Positions 1-14,700 of a stretch of DNA of 64,000 nt are shown here, piece after piece. A program made the position numbers and the translations under genes. The notes under the pieces were generated by a model. It saw only the letters and a program-made list of their open reading frames with translations. It did no database searches and was not told where the DNA came from. The stretch comes from Eledone cirrhosa (Eukaryota): the NCBI GenBank assembly GCA_964016885.1, contig OZ024743.1, forward strand, positions 196,230,001 to 196,294,000, in the 5' to 3' direction. Numbering within the stretch: the stretch's first letter is position 1; each line of letters starts with the position of its first letter.

Positions 1-215
1 ACTCAGCTGTAGAAATGAGTTGCGACGTCAGTGGTGCCAGGCTGTATCGGCCATTGCCTTTCCCTTGGACCTCATCGATGACGGGGAGAGGGGAGACTGG
101 TATGCATGGATGACTATTGGTCTTCCACAAACAAACTTGCCTGGACTTGTGCCTCGGAGGAAAACTTTCTAGGTGCAAATCCCATGGTCATTCGTGACCG
201 AAGCGGGTCTTTTTT
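1..215 (+). mobile_element. Probable SINE 3' portion (truncated by window start)
   Basis: GC-richer non-coding block ending in a T-run then (TA)n. It resembles mollusc SINE bodies from memory; there is no second copy in the window. Confidence 0.3.
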
Positions 216-319
216 TATATATATATATATATTCATACATATATAAACATGTATGATGTATTTGAAAATATACATATATGAACAGAATACATAGCAATTC
301 ACACACACAAACAGATATA

Positions 320-1004
<685 letters not shown>

Positions 1005-1373
1005 GAGAGAGAGAGTGTGTGTGTGTGTGTGTGTGTGTTTATAATCTCCTAATGCTTAGGATTGTGCGAATACTAACAGATATTACTATACATATACAAT
1101 GTTCATACGTGTGTAGCTTACATATGCGAATACGTGTAAGTTCTTGTACATATGGTTGCATTTATTTATAATTAAACATATGTAAGTAACTATTAGACAG
1201 GATTCTCTGACTATAAACATAAGACATAGGAATGAAGAAGACAGAGACCGCCAAACACGTGAGCAGAAATAGATTAAATGAGGTGAGATCACCGAAAGAA
1301 AGACAAATAGAGAATCTAACAAACTGAGAAGCTAAGAGACACAGATATATACATATATATATATATGTGTGTG

Positions 1374-1408
<35 letters not shown>

Positions 1409-1447
1409 ATATATATACATATACACGTATATATGTATATATATATA

Positions 1448-1490
<43 letters not shown>

Positions 1491-1495
<5 letters not shown>

Positions 1496-1690
1496 AAAAA
1501 GTATGACCCCGACGGCAGAGCTCAAGCCGTTTCGACGGCTATTTCTGGACTGTCCAGAAATAGCCGTCGAAACGTCTTGATCTCTGTCGTCGGGGACATG
1601 CTTTTTCCTATTTCCCACTCTACAACCCTAAGTATTGATTACTCTGGTGCGTTATGGTCCATCTGGTTCCTTACCACAATTCCTTTGTTA
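1491..1690. mobile_element. Family A fold-back insertion (hairpin 1491-1611 plus 3' tail) in (TA)n
   Basis: ~60-bp arms ATAGGAAAAAGTATGACCCC... / ...GGGGACATGCTTTTTCCTAT. Homologous to 21287-21490 and 23552-24004. Contains only the 3' half of the family A HHR. Confidence 0.8.
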
Positions 1691-1704
1691 TATATATATA
1701 TATA

Positions 1705-1840
1705 TAGTTACGGCGCTTGCCATTCTGAGTTCTAATCCCGCCGAGGTTAACTTTGTCTTTCATCCTTACGGGGTCGATAAAATAAAGTACCAGTAATGTA
1801 CTGGGTAATTTGGGCCTTGTGCCAATAGTAGAAACAATTA
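1705..1840 (+). mobile_element. tRNA-derived SINE, partial
   Basis: B-box-like GAGTTCTAATCCC followed by the core GTTAACTTTGCCTTTCATCCTTACGGGGTCGATAAAATAAAGTACCAGT, shared by ~12 copies in the window. Confidence 0.8.
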
Positions 1841-1860
1841 TATAGACTCTGATATATATA

Positions 1861-1907
<47 letters not shown>

Positions 1908-1910
<3 letters not shown>

Positions 1911-2320
1911 GAGAGATGACCCCTTAGCCTTTGTCAAGGCACAATTCTAGGAGAAGGAAAACTCTGATATAACACCTGCAACCCTGATGGTATCCAATGA
2001 TGTTGACTTGTTCTTCTTTTTGGTAAATATCATCTTGGTTAAGAGAGTGGGACTGGCTTTGTGCAGTGCCTTTGCTCACTATAAAAGCTTCACAGCACAG
2101 GCATTGCTTTATATCTGGAGATCTCTCTGCACTTGTCGTCACATGGTACCATGGGCCCAACACTATGTGTCAATAATTGTCACAAGTGTAGTGTTTGTAC
2201 CAGAGTTTTCAAGTCGCTGGCTGGACTAAAAAGTCGCACTCGTTCAGCGCATCGGTAGGGGTTCTCCTACATGGTTATAACGTAGTGGCCGTACTCGAAA
2301 ACGAGTTGGCAGCCACCATA
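1908..2320. mobile_element. Possible RTE-clade LINE 5' fragments
   Basis: CTAGGAGAAGGAAAACTCTGAT resembles RTE 5' UTR motifs (from memory). The minus-strand peptide 'EQVNIIG' weakly resembles the start of an APE domain. Confidence 0.3.
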
Positions 2321-2503
2321 TATATATATATATATATATATGAAAACTTTAAGACATGATATAAATAGGTGGTCTGTGCGATAGGGGTGGTGGAGAAGGA
2401 GCAGTGAAACGAACAAGAAGAAAACATAAGAATGAAGTGGAGCAAGAGGAAAAGAAGTCGATGATAAAGGAGGGGAAATATCAGGAGGGGGACAAGTAGG
2501 AGA

Positions 2504-2509
2504 GTAGTG

Positions 2510-2575
<66 letters not shown>

Positions 2576-2601
2576 TGAGAAAGATGAGAAGTATGAGGAA
2601 C

Positions 2602-2655
<54 letters not shown>

Positions 2656-2685
2656 CTACAGCAGCAGCAGCTGTAGCAGCAGCAA

Positions 2686-2765
<80 letters not shown>

Positions 2766-2768
2766 GTG

Positions 2769-2858
<90 letters not shown>

Positions 2859-2882
2859 TGAAGGAGAGGAAGACAGAAAGAA

Positions 2883-2978
<96 letters not shown>
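2504..2978. repeat. Compound microsatellite (TAG)n/(GAAA)n/(CAG)n
   Basis: Directly visible. Confidence 0.95.
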
Positions 2979-3295
2979 GGAGCAAAGTAGGAGGAGGGGG
3001 AGAGAGAGAAGTGAGAGGAGAGATGGTAAATGAAGCAAGATGAATAGGGAAAGTGACTCTAAGTGAAATTGTTTTTGTTACAACTAACAAATATTATAGC
3101 GACTCCGATCAGTAATAAGATGAAAAAATTTGAAAGTAGATTTCAAAGAAATTCAGAGAAGAGCACTTGAAATTATCTTAAAGTAGAACATTCAGAAAGA
3201 AATACACAGATAAGAGATGTGTGTGTGTATATATAGGTGTGTATATATGTTTGTCTCTGTGTGTGTGTGTGTGAGTGTGGATGGTTGTATGTTTG

Positions 3296-3337
<42 letters not shown>

Positions 3338-3345
3338 AAAATGTG

Positions 3346-3382
<37 letters not shown>

Positions 3383-3449
3383 GTATGTTTGAATTTATAT
3401 ATATATATGTGTGTGTGCATATATTTATATAAATATATACATATACGAG

Positions 3450-3514
<65 letters not shown>

Positions 3515-3702
3515 CATATATATATATATGTGTATATATATATATACATAAATTTATTTTAGATATGATTAGATACGTCTATAAACACACATATATAATT
3601 ATTTATGTACATATGTGTGTATTCTTGTATATATATATATGTGTGCACATGGATATATACATAGATATATATATGAATAATTATATATTTATACATATAT
3701 AG

Positions 3703-3769
<67 letters not shown>

Positions 3770-4146
3770 TACATACATACATACATATTTGAGTGTATGT
3801 ATATATATATATGTATGTGTATATTTGCTGACTAGATACGCCTGTTTACTGGTTCGAGTGCTCTAAGCTTTACTAAATAATCTTGATCTTAAGCAATATT
3901 TTTTTGTTTTATTTGTATATAAACTTCTTTTTTTTTATTTTATTCCAGATGGCAAAGGAATAAATCAAGTTTTGGCAGCAAGATATATTATTTTAATGTA
4001 TAAAACAATTGCTTACAAACAAACGACTCGCTTACACAAAAAAAAGAGAAGAAATTTCTTTGTCTACAAAATGTTTTGGGGGTTTTTTTTATGTTAATAA
4101 TGTCGAGTATGTGCGCAAGTTGTCTCTCTTTCTTTTAAATTCTATG

Positions 4147-4185
<39 letters not shown>

Positions 4186-4318
4186 TTGTATGTGTGTGTG
4201 TGTGTGTGTGTGTGTGCGCGTGTGTGTGTGTGTGTGTATATATATATAACATATATATATATAATATATATATGTATAGAGAGAGAGAAAGAAAGATTTA
4301 CACCCGTATATATATGCT

Positions 4319-4380
<62 letters not shown>

Positions 4381-4410
4381 TATATATCTATATATACTAT
4401 AACATACTAT

Positions 4411-4449
<39 letters not shown>

Positions 4450-4451
<2 letters not shown>

Positions 4452-6519
4452 TCTAACATACTACGAAAAGGCTGAAGACAACAATCATCAGAAAATTATG
4501 AGAAACCTAAAAACTCTGATCAACCCATACAAAGAAGGACTCACTAACAAGGAATTCAGCTTCATCGTAGACTTCACAAGTAAATCCAGCCTTTTCTACG
4601 GTATCCCTAAAGTACATAAAAGCGAATTAATAAGTAAGGCATGCAAGGAAGCCACAGACTTAGTCATCAATGTCCCCTCAGCTAATGATCTCAAATTAAG
4701 ACCTATAATAGCAGGCCCCGCTTACGAAACCCACTGCCTTAGCAACTTCAGTGATACACTTCTCAAGTCTTTTCTCAAACACATTAAAAGCTACATAAGG
4801 GACGACCTAGATATGCTCAACCACCTCCCTAATATACCCCTTACTGAACAAACTGCGCTAGTGACGTTCGATGTAGTCAACAAATTTGGAAACACTCTCC
4901 ACTTACACATAGAAAAGAATTTGAAGAGATATCTAGATGACTGCTTCATACTTTGGCACAAAAACATCGAGAAACTTAAAGAATTTCACACCCTTATAAA
5001 TGGGCTCAACACGAATATTAATTTTACAATGGAATACAGCCATCAACAACTTCCCTTCCTCGACATCCTCATTAAGATCCATAACAAAAAAAATAGAAAC
5101 AGACATATACTAGAAGCCAACAGACTCCAAGCAATATCTTCCTTTCAATTCATGCCACCCTAGACACGTTAAAATTAATATTCCCTACAACTTAGCCAAG
5201 AGAATCTGTACTATAGTCTCCAATAAAAACACCTGTTACTTACGTCTACAAGAACTAAAGGACACACTCATAAGCAGCAGAGACTACCCTGCATCACTAA
5301 TTGACAATGGAATCCAACGTGCCCTAAAACTCAGTACCCAGGACCTTAGACACCCTAAAGTAAATCAACCGAAACTAAAAGCTATTCCATACATCTCCAC
5401 ACAGAATCCCCTCAAGAATGAGGCGTTTGAAACCATCCTCCAGAATATCCCTGTATTAAAAAAGGACCAGAGAATGAACCAAATCCTTCGAACACACGAT
5501 ATCATAAAGAGCAAAAGACAATCTAAGTCAATGTAAAAAATCCTAACACATGCCAAAGTACTGCCAACCACAACAACGAAACCCACAGTAAAAAAATGCG
5601 ATAGACCCAACTGTGGTATATATCAACCTAATAGAGGGTTCGGAATTCTATTTCAAACAAGGACAACGTTTTATAGTAAAACACAATTTCACATGCGCAT
5701 CAAAAAACCTAATATATGTATTAACTTTCTCAGTTTGTCGAGAACAATACATAGGCCAGACTAAATGCAGCCTCCGCCAGCGCATGACTGTCCATAGATC
5801 CCAAATCAAAATACGGGAATACAGAAAAATAGCACTGAGTGAACACATTGATACATGTGCCGCCCAAAATCATCCCAACTTTAGAATCTTTCCCCTCTAC
5901 AATTTTAAAGATAATGCCACCCACACCCAGCGCATCAGCAAGGAATCTCACTTTATTAACAAATAAGGATCCCGTCTAAACGCTTCTTCCTAAGACGAAC
6001 CCATAACATACACACGTTGACATACATACCTACATCAGCATACATCCTATATACATTTCTATCCATATATAAACACAATGACATATTTTCTATGATGCAA
6101 CACAAATATACACAAATATACACACAAGTTCTATGGTGCAACACAAATATACACAAATGTGCATACCTTTTGTTGTTTATAGATATACACGTGCCGACAA
6201 GCACACATACACATACGCACACATGTATTGCACATTGATGGGTGCATACATATTTGTACACAAGTATCCCACACGGCAGGGCCTAATGGATTCCCCTTGC
6301 AGTACGTACAATCTCGAATCGCACACGCCTTGTTGTTATGACAATACTATACATCATTTCACCTCATTTGTTATTGATGTTATTGATGTTCTTTTGAGAG
6401 AATCGTTTTTGCAAATGACTGCAAATATCGAATAACGTACGCCATTTTTACCAGTACCACAAAAATACTGGTCAATCCACACACACACACACATGCACAC
6501 ACGCACATTAACATACAGA

Positions 6520-6608
<89 letters not shown>

Positions 6609-7172
6609 TTCTCCGTATAAGACAAGAGCTGAAAAATATGTTTCAACATGTTAAAATAAGACCACCACCCCACCCCCACACCCAACACACACACACGTAT
6701 ATACACATTCCTACTAACCGATTCATTTCCATTATCACAACAATGAACCACTTTGCTACACACACACACACACACACACACATACATACGCGCTAAAATC
6801 AATTTAAACATTCACGTGACTTCTACCGACCAATCAAAATTGTTTTGACTACAAGAATTTTTGCAACACGAATTGGCGCGAAATTTATAGAGCTTATTCA
6901 CGTGACATTCAACAACCAACCAAATTTTAATACCTTCCAAGCCACTTTTTTCACATAAAACAGGATGAATTTCCAAAACTGATCAGATTAGAGCAAAAAT
7001 CACGAGTCCTCTATCTGAAAATTATTTTTGAAAAGCATTAGCAATGCGCAATCGGTAAAAACTTAAAATTAGACTGAATATTAACTAATACTTATTACTA
7101 ATTTATACTTATTCCTAATTAAACTATTTTTTATTGGGAAAAGTTTGTCACCATTTTCTTTTCCTTTTTACT
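4450..7172 (+). mobile_element. Penelope-like retroelement, 5'-truncated and decayed (RT + GIY-YIG, ~1.2-kb 3' UTR)
   Basis: RT motifs [27 protein letters not shown] and [14 protein letters not shown] motif CASKNLIYVL...YIGQT. Contains frameshifts, stops and an internal RT deletion. Both ends abut (TA)n. Confidence 0.93.
4451..5966 (+). pseudogene. Disrupted PLE RT/GIY-YIG polyprotein
   Basis: C-terminal part of ORF 4009-5163, the frameshifted continuation [25 protein letters not shown], and ORF 5613-5966. Confidence 0.9.
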
Positions 7173-7191
7173 AATATATATATATATATAT

Positions 7192-7268
<77 letters not shown>

Positions 7269-7299
7269 TATACATGTGTATATGTATATATATATATAC

Positions 7300-7338
<39 letters not shown>

Positions 7339-7339
<1 letters not shown>

Positions 7340-7545
7340 GTAGGTCCCGGGTTGAGTCGGGGATAACCACAGTAAGTAAGGTACTCAATACATGGCAGAG
7401 TAAATTTTTTTTATTTTATAGAAGGAGCTTCTACAGGACTAGTACTGTTTCATTCAGATGAAATCTTCAGGAAGCACCTGAAGATTTCATCTGAATGAAA
7501 CAGTACTAGTCCTGTAGAAGCTCCTTCTATAAAATAAAAAAATAT
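7339..7545. mobile_element. Family B fold-back with HHR core on both strands
   Basis: Near-perfect palindrome 7404-7543 around loop AAGCA. Right arm reads CUGAAGA-UUUC-AUCU-GAAU-GAAAC-AGUACUA-GUC. The 5' strand of stem I is not evident. Homologue at 19341-19537. Confidence 0.75.
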
Positions 7546-7772
7546 ATATATATATATATTTCGTTTCTGAATTTGTTTATGAATATTCTTTATCTGAAAT
7601 CGTGTGTTGAAACCGATATTGTTATACTTTGGGAGGGTCATGTTGCCAGTAAGAAACACACGCACCAGTTGCTTTCACTTCAATTTATTATAATAAATTT
7701 ATAATAAATTTATAAATTTATAAATTTCTGGTTGGTTGGTTGGTTCCACAACCAGATAGTTGTTTATATATT

Positions 7773-7815
7773 GTCATAGTTCTTTCGTCACACACTCTGT
7801 GACCTCTTCAGTGAC
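7773..7815 (-). ncRNA. Family C minimal type I HHR
   Basis: GUCA-CUGAAGA-G-GUCACA..UGUGAC-GAAA-GAA-CUA/UGAC. Confidence 0.8.
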
Positions 7816-8024
7816 TGGGGATTCTTTTCTTTGTTTTTGTTTTTGTTTTTGTGCCTCTCCTTTGTTCTGTCCTACGCCATTTTGTTTCTGTGTGTGTGTT
7901 GTGTGCTCAGTCTGCGCATGCGCCACATCCGGGTGTCTGTGTGTGTTTATGTTCATTTATTTATTTATTTATTTACATCTTACTGGTTGGTTGTTTGTTC
8001 TATGTGTGTGTATTCATTTTGTCC

Positions 8025-8935
8025 TTAATTGTAAGTTGTGATGTTGCTGTTCCACTCATGTTTTCTATTTAATTTTGGTTGTAATTCTTTTATGTTTATT
8101 GCCTCTGTGATTTGTCTAAACATTGCGTCTTTTCTGTGTGTAGATTCTATTTTTATTTCTATGTTCTCTAATTTACCCTTGTGTTCTATTTTAGCATGTT
8201 GGTAGAGTACAGATGATTCTTTACTATCTTGAAGGTCTCGCCAGTGTTCATTTATCCGTTCCCCTACACTACGAGCTGTCTCACCTATGTACACTATATT
8301 TTTGTCTCTACATTGTCCTTCAGTACATCTTATGCTATACACTACATTTCTAGTTTTACAGTTAATATGGGGGCTTATTTTACAGGTTATACATTTCTTA
8401 TCTATACATGAGGGTCTTTGAAAAGGGTATGTCTTTCTAATAAGTGTTTTTACGGAGGTACCTGGTCTTTCTACTATCTTAATATTGAGTTTATGTTTAT
8501 CTAGGGCCCTTCTAAATTTGTAAGCTAATTCACCTCTAGGGGTTGTATCGATGAACATTACACTTTGGCATTTATTGCTATCATACCATGAGTTTATTCT
8601 ATTAGCCTTGTTCCTAATTCTTTCTATTCTATTCCAAAATGTGCTCCTATACAAGGGCCAGGTCCTATTTATGTCATTATTTACCATTTTTTCCTATTTG
8701 GTTCTGGCTCCTCTATACACTCTGATTTTATCTCTCTGATTGTAGCCAGAGAACTGCATACGGTGGATGAAGTGTTGTATGTGTCTCTCTAGTTCTTCGG
8801 AGTTGCACATGCGGGACACGTTTCTCATCACCCGTACCAAATCCGCAATCAGTATGTTGATTTTGGTATGGTCCGAAACGGCCGAGTTTCGGGGGATCAG
8901 ATGTTTGGGAGTCATGGGTTTGGCATAATGGGAAT
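8025..8935 (-). pseudogene. PLE thumb/linker + GIY-YIG endonuclease remnant
   Basis: [49 protein letters not shown] (ORF 8025-8687). Frameshifted upstream piece HYAKPMTPKHLIPRNSA. Confidence 0.9.
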
Positions 8936-9038
8936 GGAGGATGGAGGATGGAGGATGGAGCACACAACACACACACAGAAACAAAATTGCGTAGGACAGA
9001 ACAAAGGAGAGGCACAAAAACAAAGAAAGGAATCCCCA

Positions 9039-9081
9039 GTCACTGAAGAGGTCACAGTGTGTGTGACGAAAGAACTATGAC
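9039..9081 (+). ncRNA. Family C minimal type I HHR
   Basis: Same fold as 7773-7815. Further copies at 13758-13800(-), 21565-21607(+), 25640-25682(-, GAAA->CAAA), 52319-52361(+) and 61566-61608(-). Confidence 0.8.
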
Positions 9082-9219
9082 AATATATAAACAACTATCT
9101 GGTTGTGGAACCAACCAACCAACCAGAAATTTATAAATTTATAAATCTATTATAATAAATTGAAGTGAAAGCAACTGGTGCGTGTGTTTCTTATTGGCAA
9201 CATGACCCTCCCAAAGTAT

Positions 9220-9300
<81 letters not shown>

Positions 9301-9369
9301 TATACATATATATATATATATACAGACAAACATATATGTATTTGCATATATATACATATATGTGTTTGC

Positions 9370-9445
<76 letters not shown>

Positions 9446-9593
9446 TGTTTATATATGTATGTGTGAGTGTGTGTGTGTGCGAATGTGGGTGTATTGGAGA
9501 TATTTTGTATTATAAATGAACCACTTTGAACTAAACATCTGCAGTCGCAAGTGATTTATCGAAACTTCCTTTTGCCACTGCAAAGCAATGGCG

Positions 9594-9715
<122 letters not shown>

Positions 9716-10028
9716 CACACATACACACAACACACACACACACATACACACACACACATATATATATATATTCACACACATATATATATATAAACATATA
9801 TGCATATATATAAAATTCATATATATATACATATATACATATATGTTTGTATATATATATATATATATATATAGATGTATATAGATTTATATATATATAC
9901 AAACATATGTGTATATATGTATATACGTATATATATATGAATTTTATATATATGTGTGAATATATATATACATATATATATATATTGTGTGTGTGTGTGT
10001 GTGCGTGTGTATGTGTGCGTGTGTGTTT

Positions 10029-10075
<47 letters not shown>

Positions 10076-10170
10076 AGGCAAAAGGAAGTTTCGATAAATC
10101 ACTTGCTACTGCAGATGTTTAGTTCAAAGTGGTTAATTTATAATACAAAATATCTCCAATACACCCACAT

Positions 10171-10214
<44 letters not shown>

Positions 10215-10256
10215 ACATATATAAACACATTATATATAATTTATATATATATATAT

Positions 10257-10637
10257 ATTAATTCAAAATATTAACAAAATAGATATTCTTGTGATCAAGT
10301 ATATTTTATTATACATATTTCAGAGGTACTGAGTTAAGTTCAACAGTATGTCCTCATCAGATAAAATAAGATAATGCATGACATACCTTGACATAGTAGA
10401 TGGTTAAGATTCAGTCATGGTAGTGAGTAATATATGACAAACCCGAGAAAAATATATAATACATACAATAGAGAGGGTGCGTGTTAGACAGCTTTATAAA
10501 TACATGGCATCAATATAACTGTTTAAAAAACTTTAAATTACTGAAGAAAGAGGAAAGAAACGAAAGCATAGAGGAAGAAACATCTGATGGGATAATATAG
10601 TTAGTAGGCGCCTCGAAAGACAAAAGAGAGTTGATTA

Positions 10638-10671
<34 letters not shown>

Positions 10672-13032
10672 AATAATTTATATTCAAGTTTTTAGACAAT
10701 TATCCATATATACAATATATATCTAAACTTATTTGGTTGACCGTTAATATTCAAAATATTTAGTTTAAGTTAGTTCAGAGTAATGAATAATATTTTAGGT
10801 TTTAAAAGTTAATAGGTATCTGTATTAATATTAAAGTATACTATAAATTCAAATTTTATGAAATCAAATTTAAAGGATTTACAAACAGGAGAAAGAAAAC
10901 ATGTTTTTACAACCTCACGAAGGTAAACTTTACCAACAATTATTTATAATATTGACAACAGTTTATATAATATTATTTAGAAAATAATTAGTCATAATCT
11001 TTTTTTAAAGAATTTATGATTAACAATTTGAGTGCCTAAAGGATCAACAGGCCTTATAATTAAACATAAAAAGGTCTGAATTTTAAATTACATATGTGTT
11101 AATCAAAAAAATATACAAAGATTATATTGTCTAAAGACTTAAGGTGATACCTTTCAAATATACATAACATAATACAATAATACAATATAGTAAATAAGTT
11201 ACTGAAAATATTGTTAAAAATTCATGTTTTAGATCAATTATTGTAAAAGGATCATTTAGTTGATATATACTATAAATATATAAGTCAAAACTATATGAGT
11301 CCTAAGGATAAGTGCTAGATACAAAATTAAAATAAAAAGTGAAAAATAATGAATTGTTTGCGAAACATAAAAATGCCCAATATTAAAAATATAGTTTAAA
11401 ATGTAATAGTGTTTTAATATATAGTAGACAAAAGATACTTCTAAAATGTCCAGCGAATGTCATAGAAAGAGGAGCTAAAGACTTGAAAAGGCCGAAGGTA
11501 ATCTAAATTTAATTAAAATAAATTAAATTATATTAAATTAAGTAATAATCATTATATAATTTCGAACATCCAGGGAATATCTAACGCTTATAACAATAGA
11601 GAGTCATTTGAGTATCTAAATTATTTATAAATGTAACTACGAGTATGTTATTACACTAGATAAACATATTTGTACAACTATATAGAGAGAGTATTATAGG
11701 TATTAATGAAACGATATACATTTAATAAATAAATAATTACAATCATTATTAGTAATGCTATAATTGTAGTTTTACCTCCAGTTCAGTGGAGAGAGAGACC
11801 AATATTTGTCGACTAGTATGGTTTGTTATATTTATACCTAGATATATATAAAAATATATAAGTGCAAATCTAACTTTCTGAGTCCTAAAATATACTCAAA
11901 ATGAGTAAAATATTTAAATGCATGAATGATCTACGGTTCAATTATAACCGGTAATCTTACAAGTTAAATATCCAAATTATATATTTAAAAGAGAGACAAA
12001 TAAATAAAGATCCGAATCTAAATTATAAATATCTAAAATAATTCAAAGGTGTGCATATTTATCAAGAGAAGAAGTTACCAAATAATATGTTTATATACCT
12101 AAACAGGATCCTTCATTCTAACATTAATTCTATCATAAATGATTAGAAAATAAAGTATTATTAAAGTTTTATAAACTGTTATAACGTTTTAGGTCCAACA
12201 GTTGATAAGAGACGTCAAAAATTAAAGCCTGTTTGTTTAGTGTTTTTCCTGACTTTTTGCGAGGCTTGGAATGTAGACAAAGCTTCATGAAGGCAGTTTG
12301 AGAATAATTTACTTTTTTTGTTAATTAAGTTTTCATAATTAGTAATTATTAATAGCGTCTCCTTTGTGCAGAGGTTGCAGTTAGTTGATATAGACGAGTT
12401 CGAGTAGATTACAAAGCTTCGTCCAAAAAATCGAGTATTTTAAATTGTATTATTGTATTATAATATTGTATTATTGTATTATTGTATTATGTTATGTATA
12501 TTTGATGTATATTATGTATATTACGTATATTATGTATATTATGTTATGTATATTTGAAAGGTATCACCTGAAGTCTTTAGACAATATAATCTTTGTATAT
12601 TTTTTGATTAACACATATATGTAATTTAAAATTCAGATCTCTTTAAGTTTAATTATAAGGCCTGTTGATCCTTTAGGCACTCAAATTATAACTGTAATTA
12701 TTTTCTAAATTATATTATATAAACTGCTGTTAATATTATAAATAATTTTGGTAAAGTTTACCTTCATGAGGTTGTAAAAACAAATAACGTTTTCTTTCTC
12801 GTGTTTGTAAATCCTTTAAATTTGAATTCATAAAATTTGAATTTAGAAATTAAACTTGATAGTATACTTTAATATTAATACAGATACCTATTAACTTTTA
12901 AAACCTAAAATATTATTCATTACTCTGAACTAACTTAAACTAAATATTTTGAATATTAACTGTCAACCAAATAAGTTTAGATATATATTGTATATATGGA
13001 TAATTGTCTAAAATCTTGAATATAAATTATTC

Positions 13033-13075
<43 letters not shown>

Positions 13076-13578
13076 CAACTCTCTTTTGTCTTTCGAGGCG
13101 CCTACTAACTATATTATCCCATCAGATGTTTCTTCCTCTATGCTTTCGTTTCTTTCCTCTTTCTTCAGTAATTTAAAGTTTTTTAAACAGTTATATTGAT
13201 GCCATGTATTTATAAAGCTGTCTCACACGCACCCTCTCTATTGTATGTATTATATATTTTTCTCGGGTTCTCAATATTAAGGTATATCAATATTGAGTTT
13301 TGTCATATATTACTCACTACAATGATTGAATCTTAACCATCTACTATGTCAGGGTATGTCATGCATCATCTTATTTTATCTGATGAGGACGTACTGTTGA
13401 ACTTAACTCAGTACCTCTGAAATATGTATAATGAAATATACTTGATCACAAGAATATCTATTTTGTTAATATTTTGAATTAATATTAATAACTCTGGAAA
13501 ACCTTTTTCTGTTGAGTGCTTCCAATCTATTGTAAAACTTATTCTTTGATTTATTCATTGAACCTTGTTTAACTTTAA
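10257..13578. mobile_element. Family D PLE fold-back: ~0.93-kb inverted arms around a minus-strand ORF end
   Basis: Arms ~10257-11190 and ~12540-13487. Minus strand 12215-12430 encodes YSNSSISTNCNLCTKETLLIITNYENLINKKSKLFSNCLH, matching the PLE GIY-YIG C-terminal C-x-LC...E...LNK...C-x-H pattern. Confidence 0.85.
13372..13438 (+). ncRNA. Family D type I HHR (mirror copy 10302-10368, minus strand)
   Basis: UAUUUUAU-CUGAUGA-GGACGUACUG..CAGUACCUCU-GAAA-UAUGU-AUA/AUGAAAUA; 8-bp stem I. Confidence 0.8.
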
Positions 13579-13592
13579 ATATATATATATAT

Positions 13593-14443
<851 letters not shown>

Positions 14444-14664
14444 GTAAATGCATATATGTAGAGAAACAGTAATATTTATACGCAGATGCGTACATGTATA
14501 CGTAATAAAGACAGTGAATGTAAACATGTGACTATTAACATATTACTTCAGAGACAAGAGAGCGATGTACAACCTGACGCAAACTTCGAATTCTGTTGCA
14601 CTCGTGCTCACAGATTGTTCACAGTTACATCAATACAGTTACCTGTGTTTTCATATATATATAC

Positions 14665-14700
<36 letters not shown>

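Larger units (their letters stand above)
7559..9224 (-). mobile_element. Family C Penelope-like element with inverted second 3' end
   Basis: Minus-strand body 8935->7559 carries the GIY-YIG ORF. A plus-strand copy of the 3' end lies at 8958-9224. Both ends are in (TA)n. Confidence 0.92.

Noticed and set aside
4009-4450. N-terminal part of the 384-aa ORF
   Set aside because: Read-through of flanking microsatellite into the PLE RT remnant; not a real fusion protein.
10257-13487. DNA transposon with long TIRs
   Set aside because: The arms carry HHRs, are unequal at their outer ends and flank a PLE endonuclease remnant rather than a transposase.
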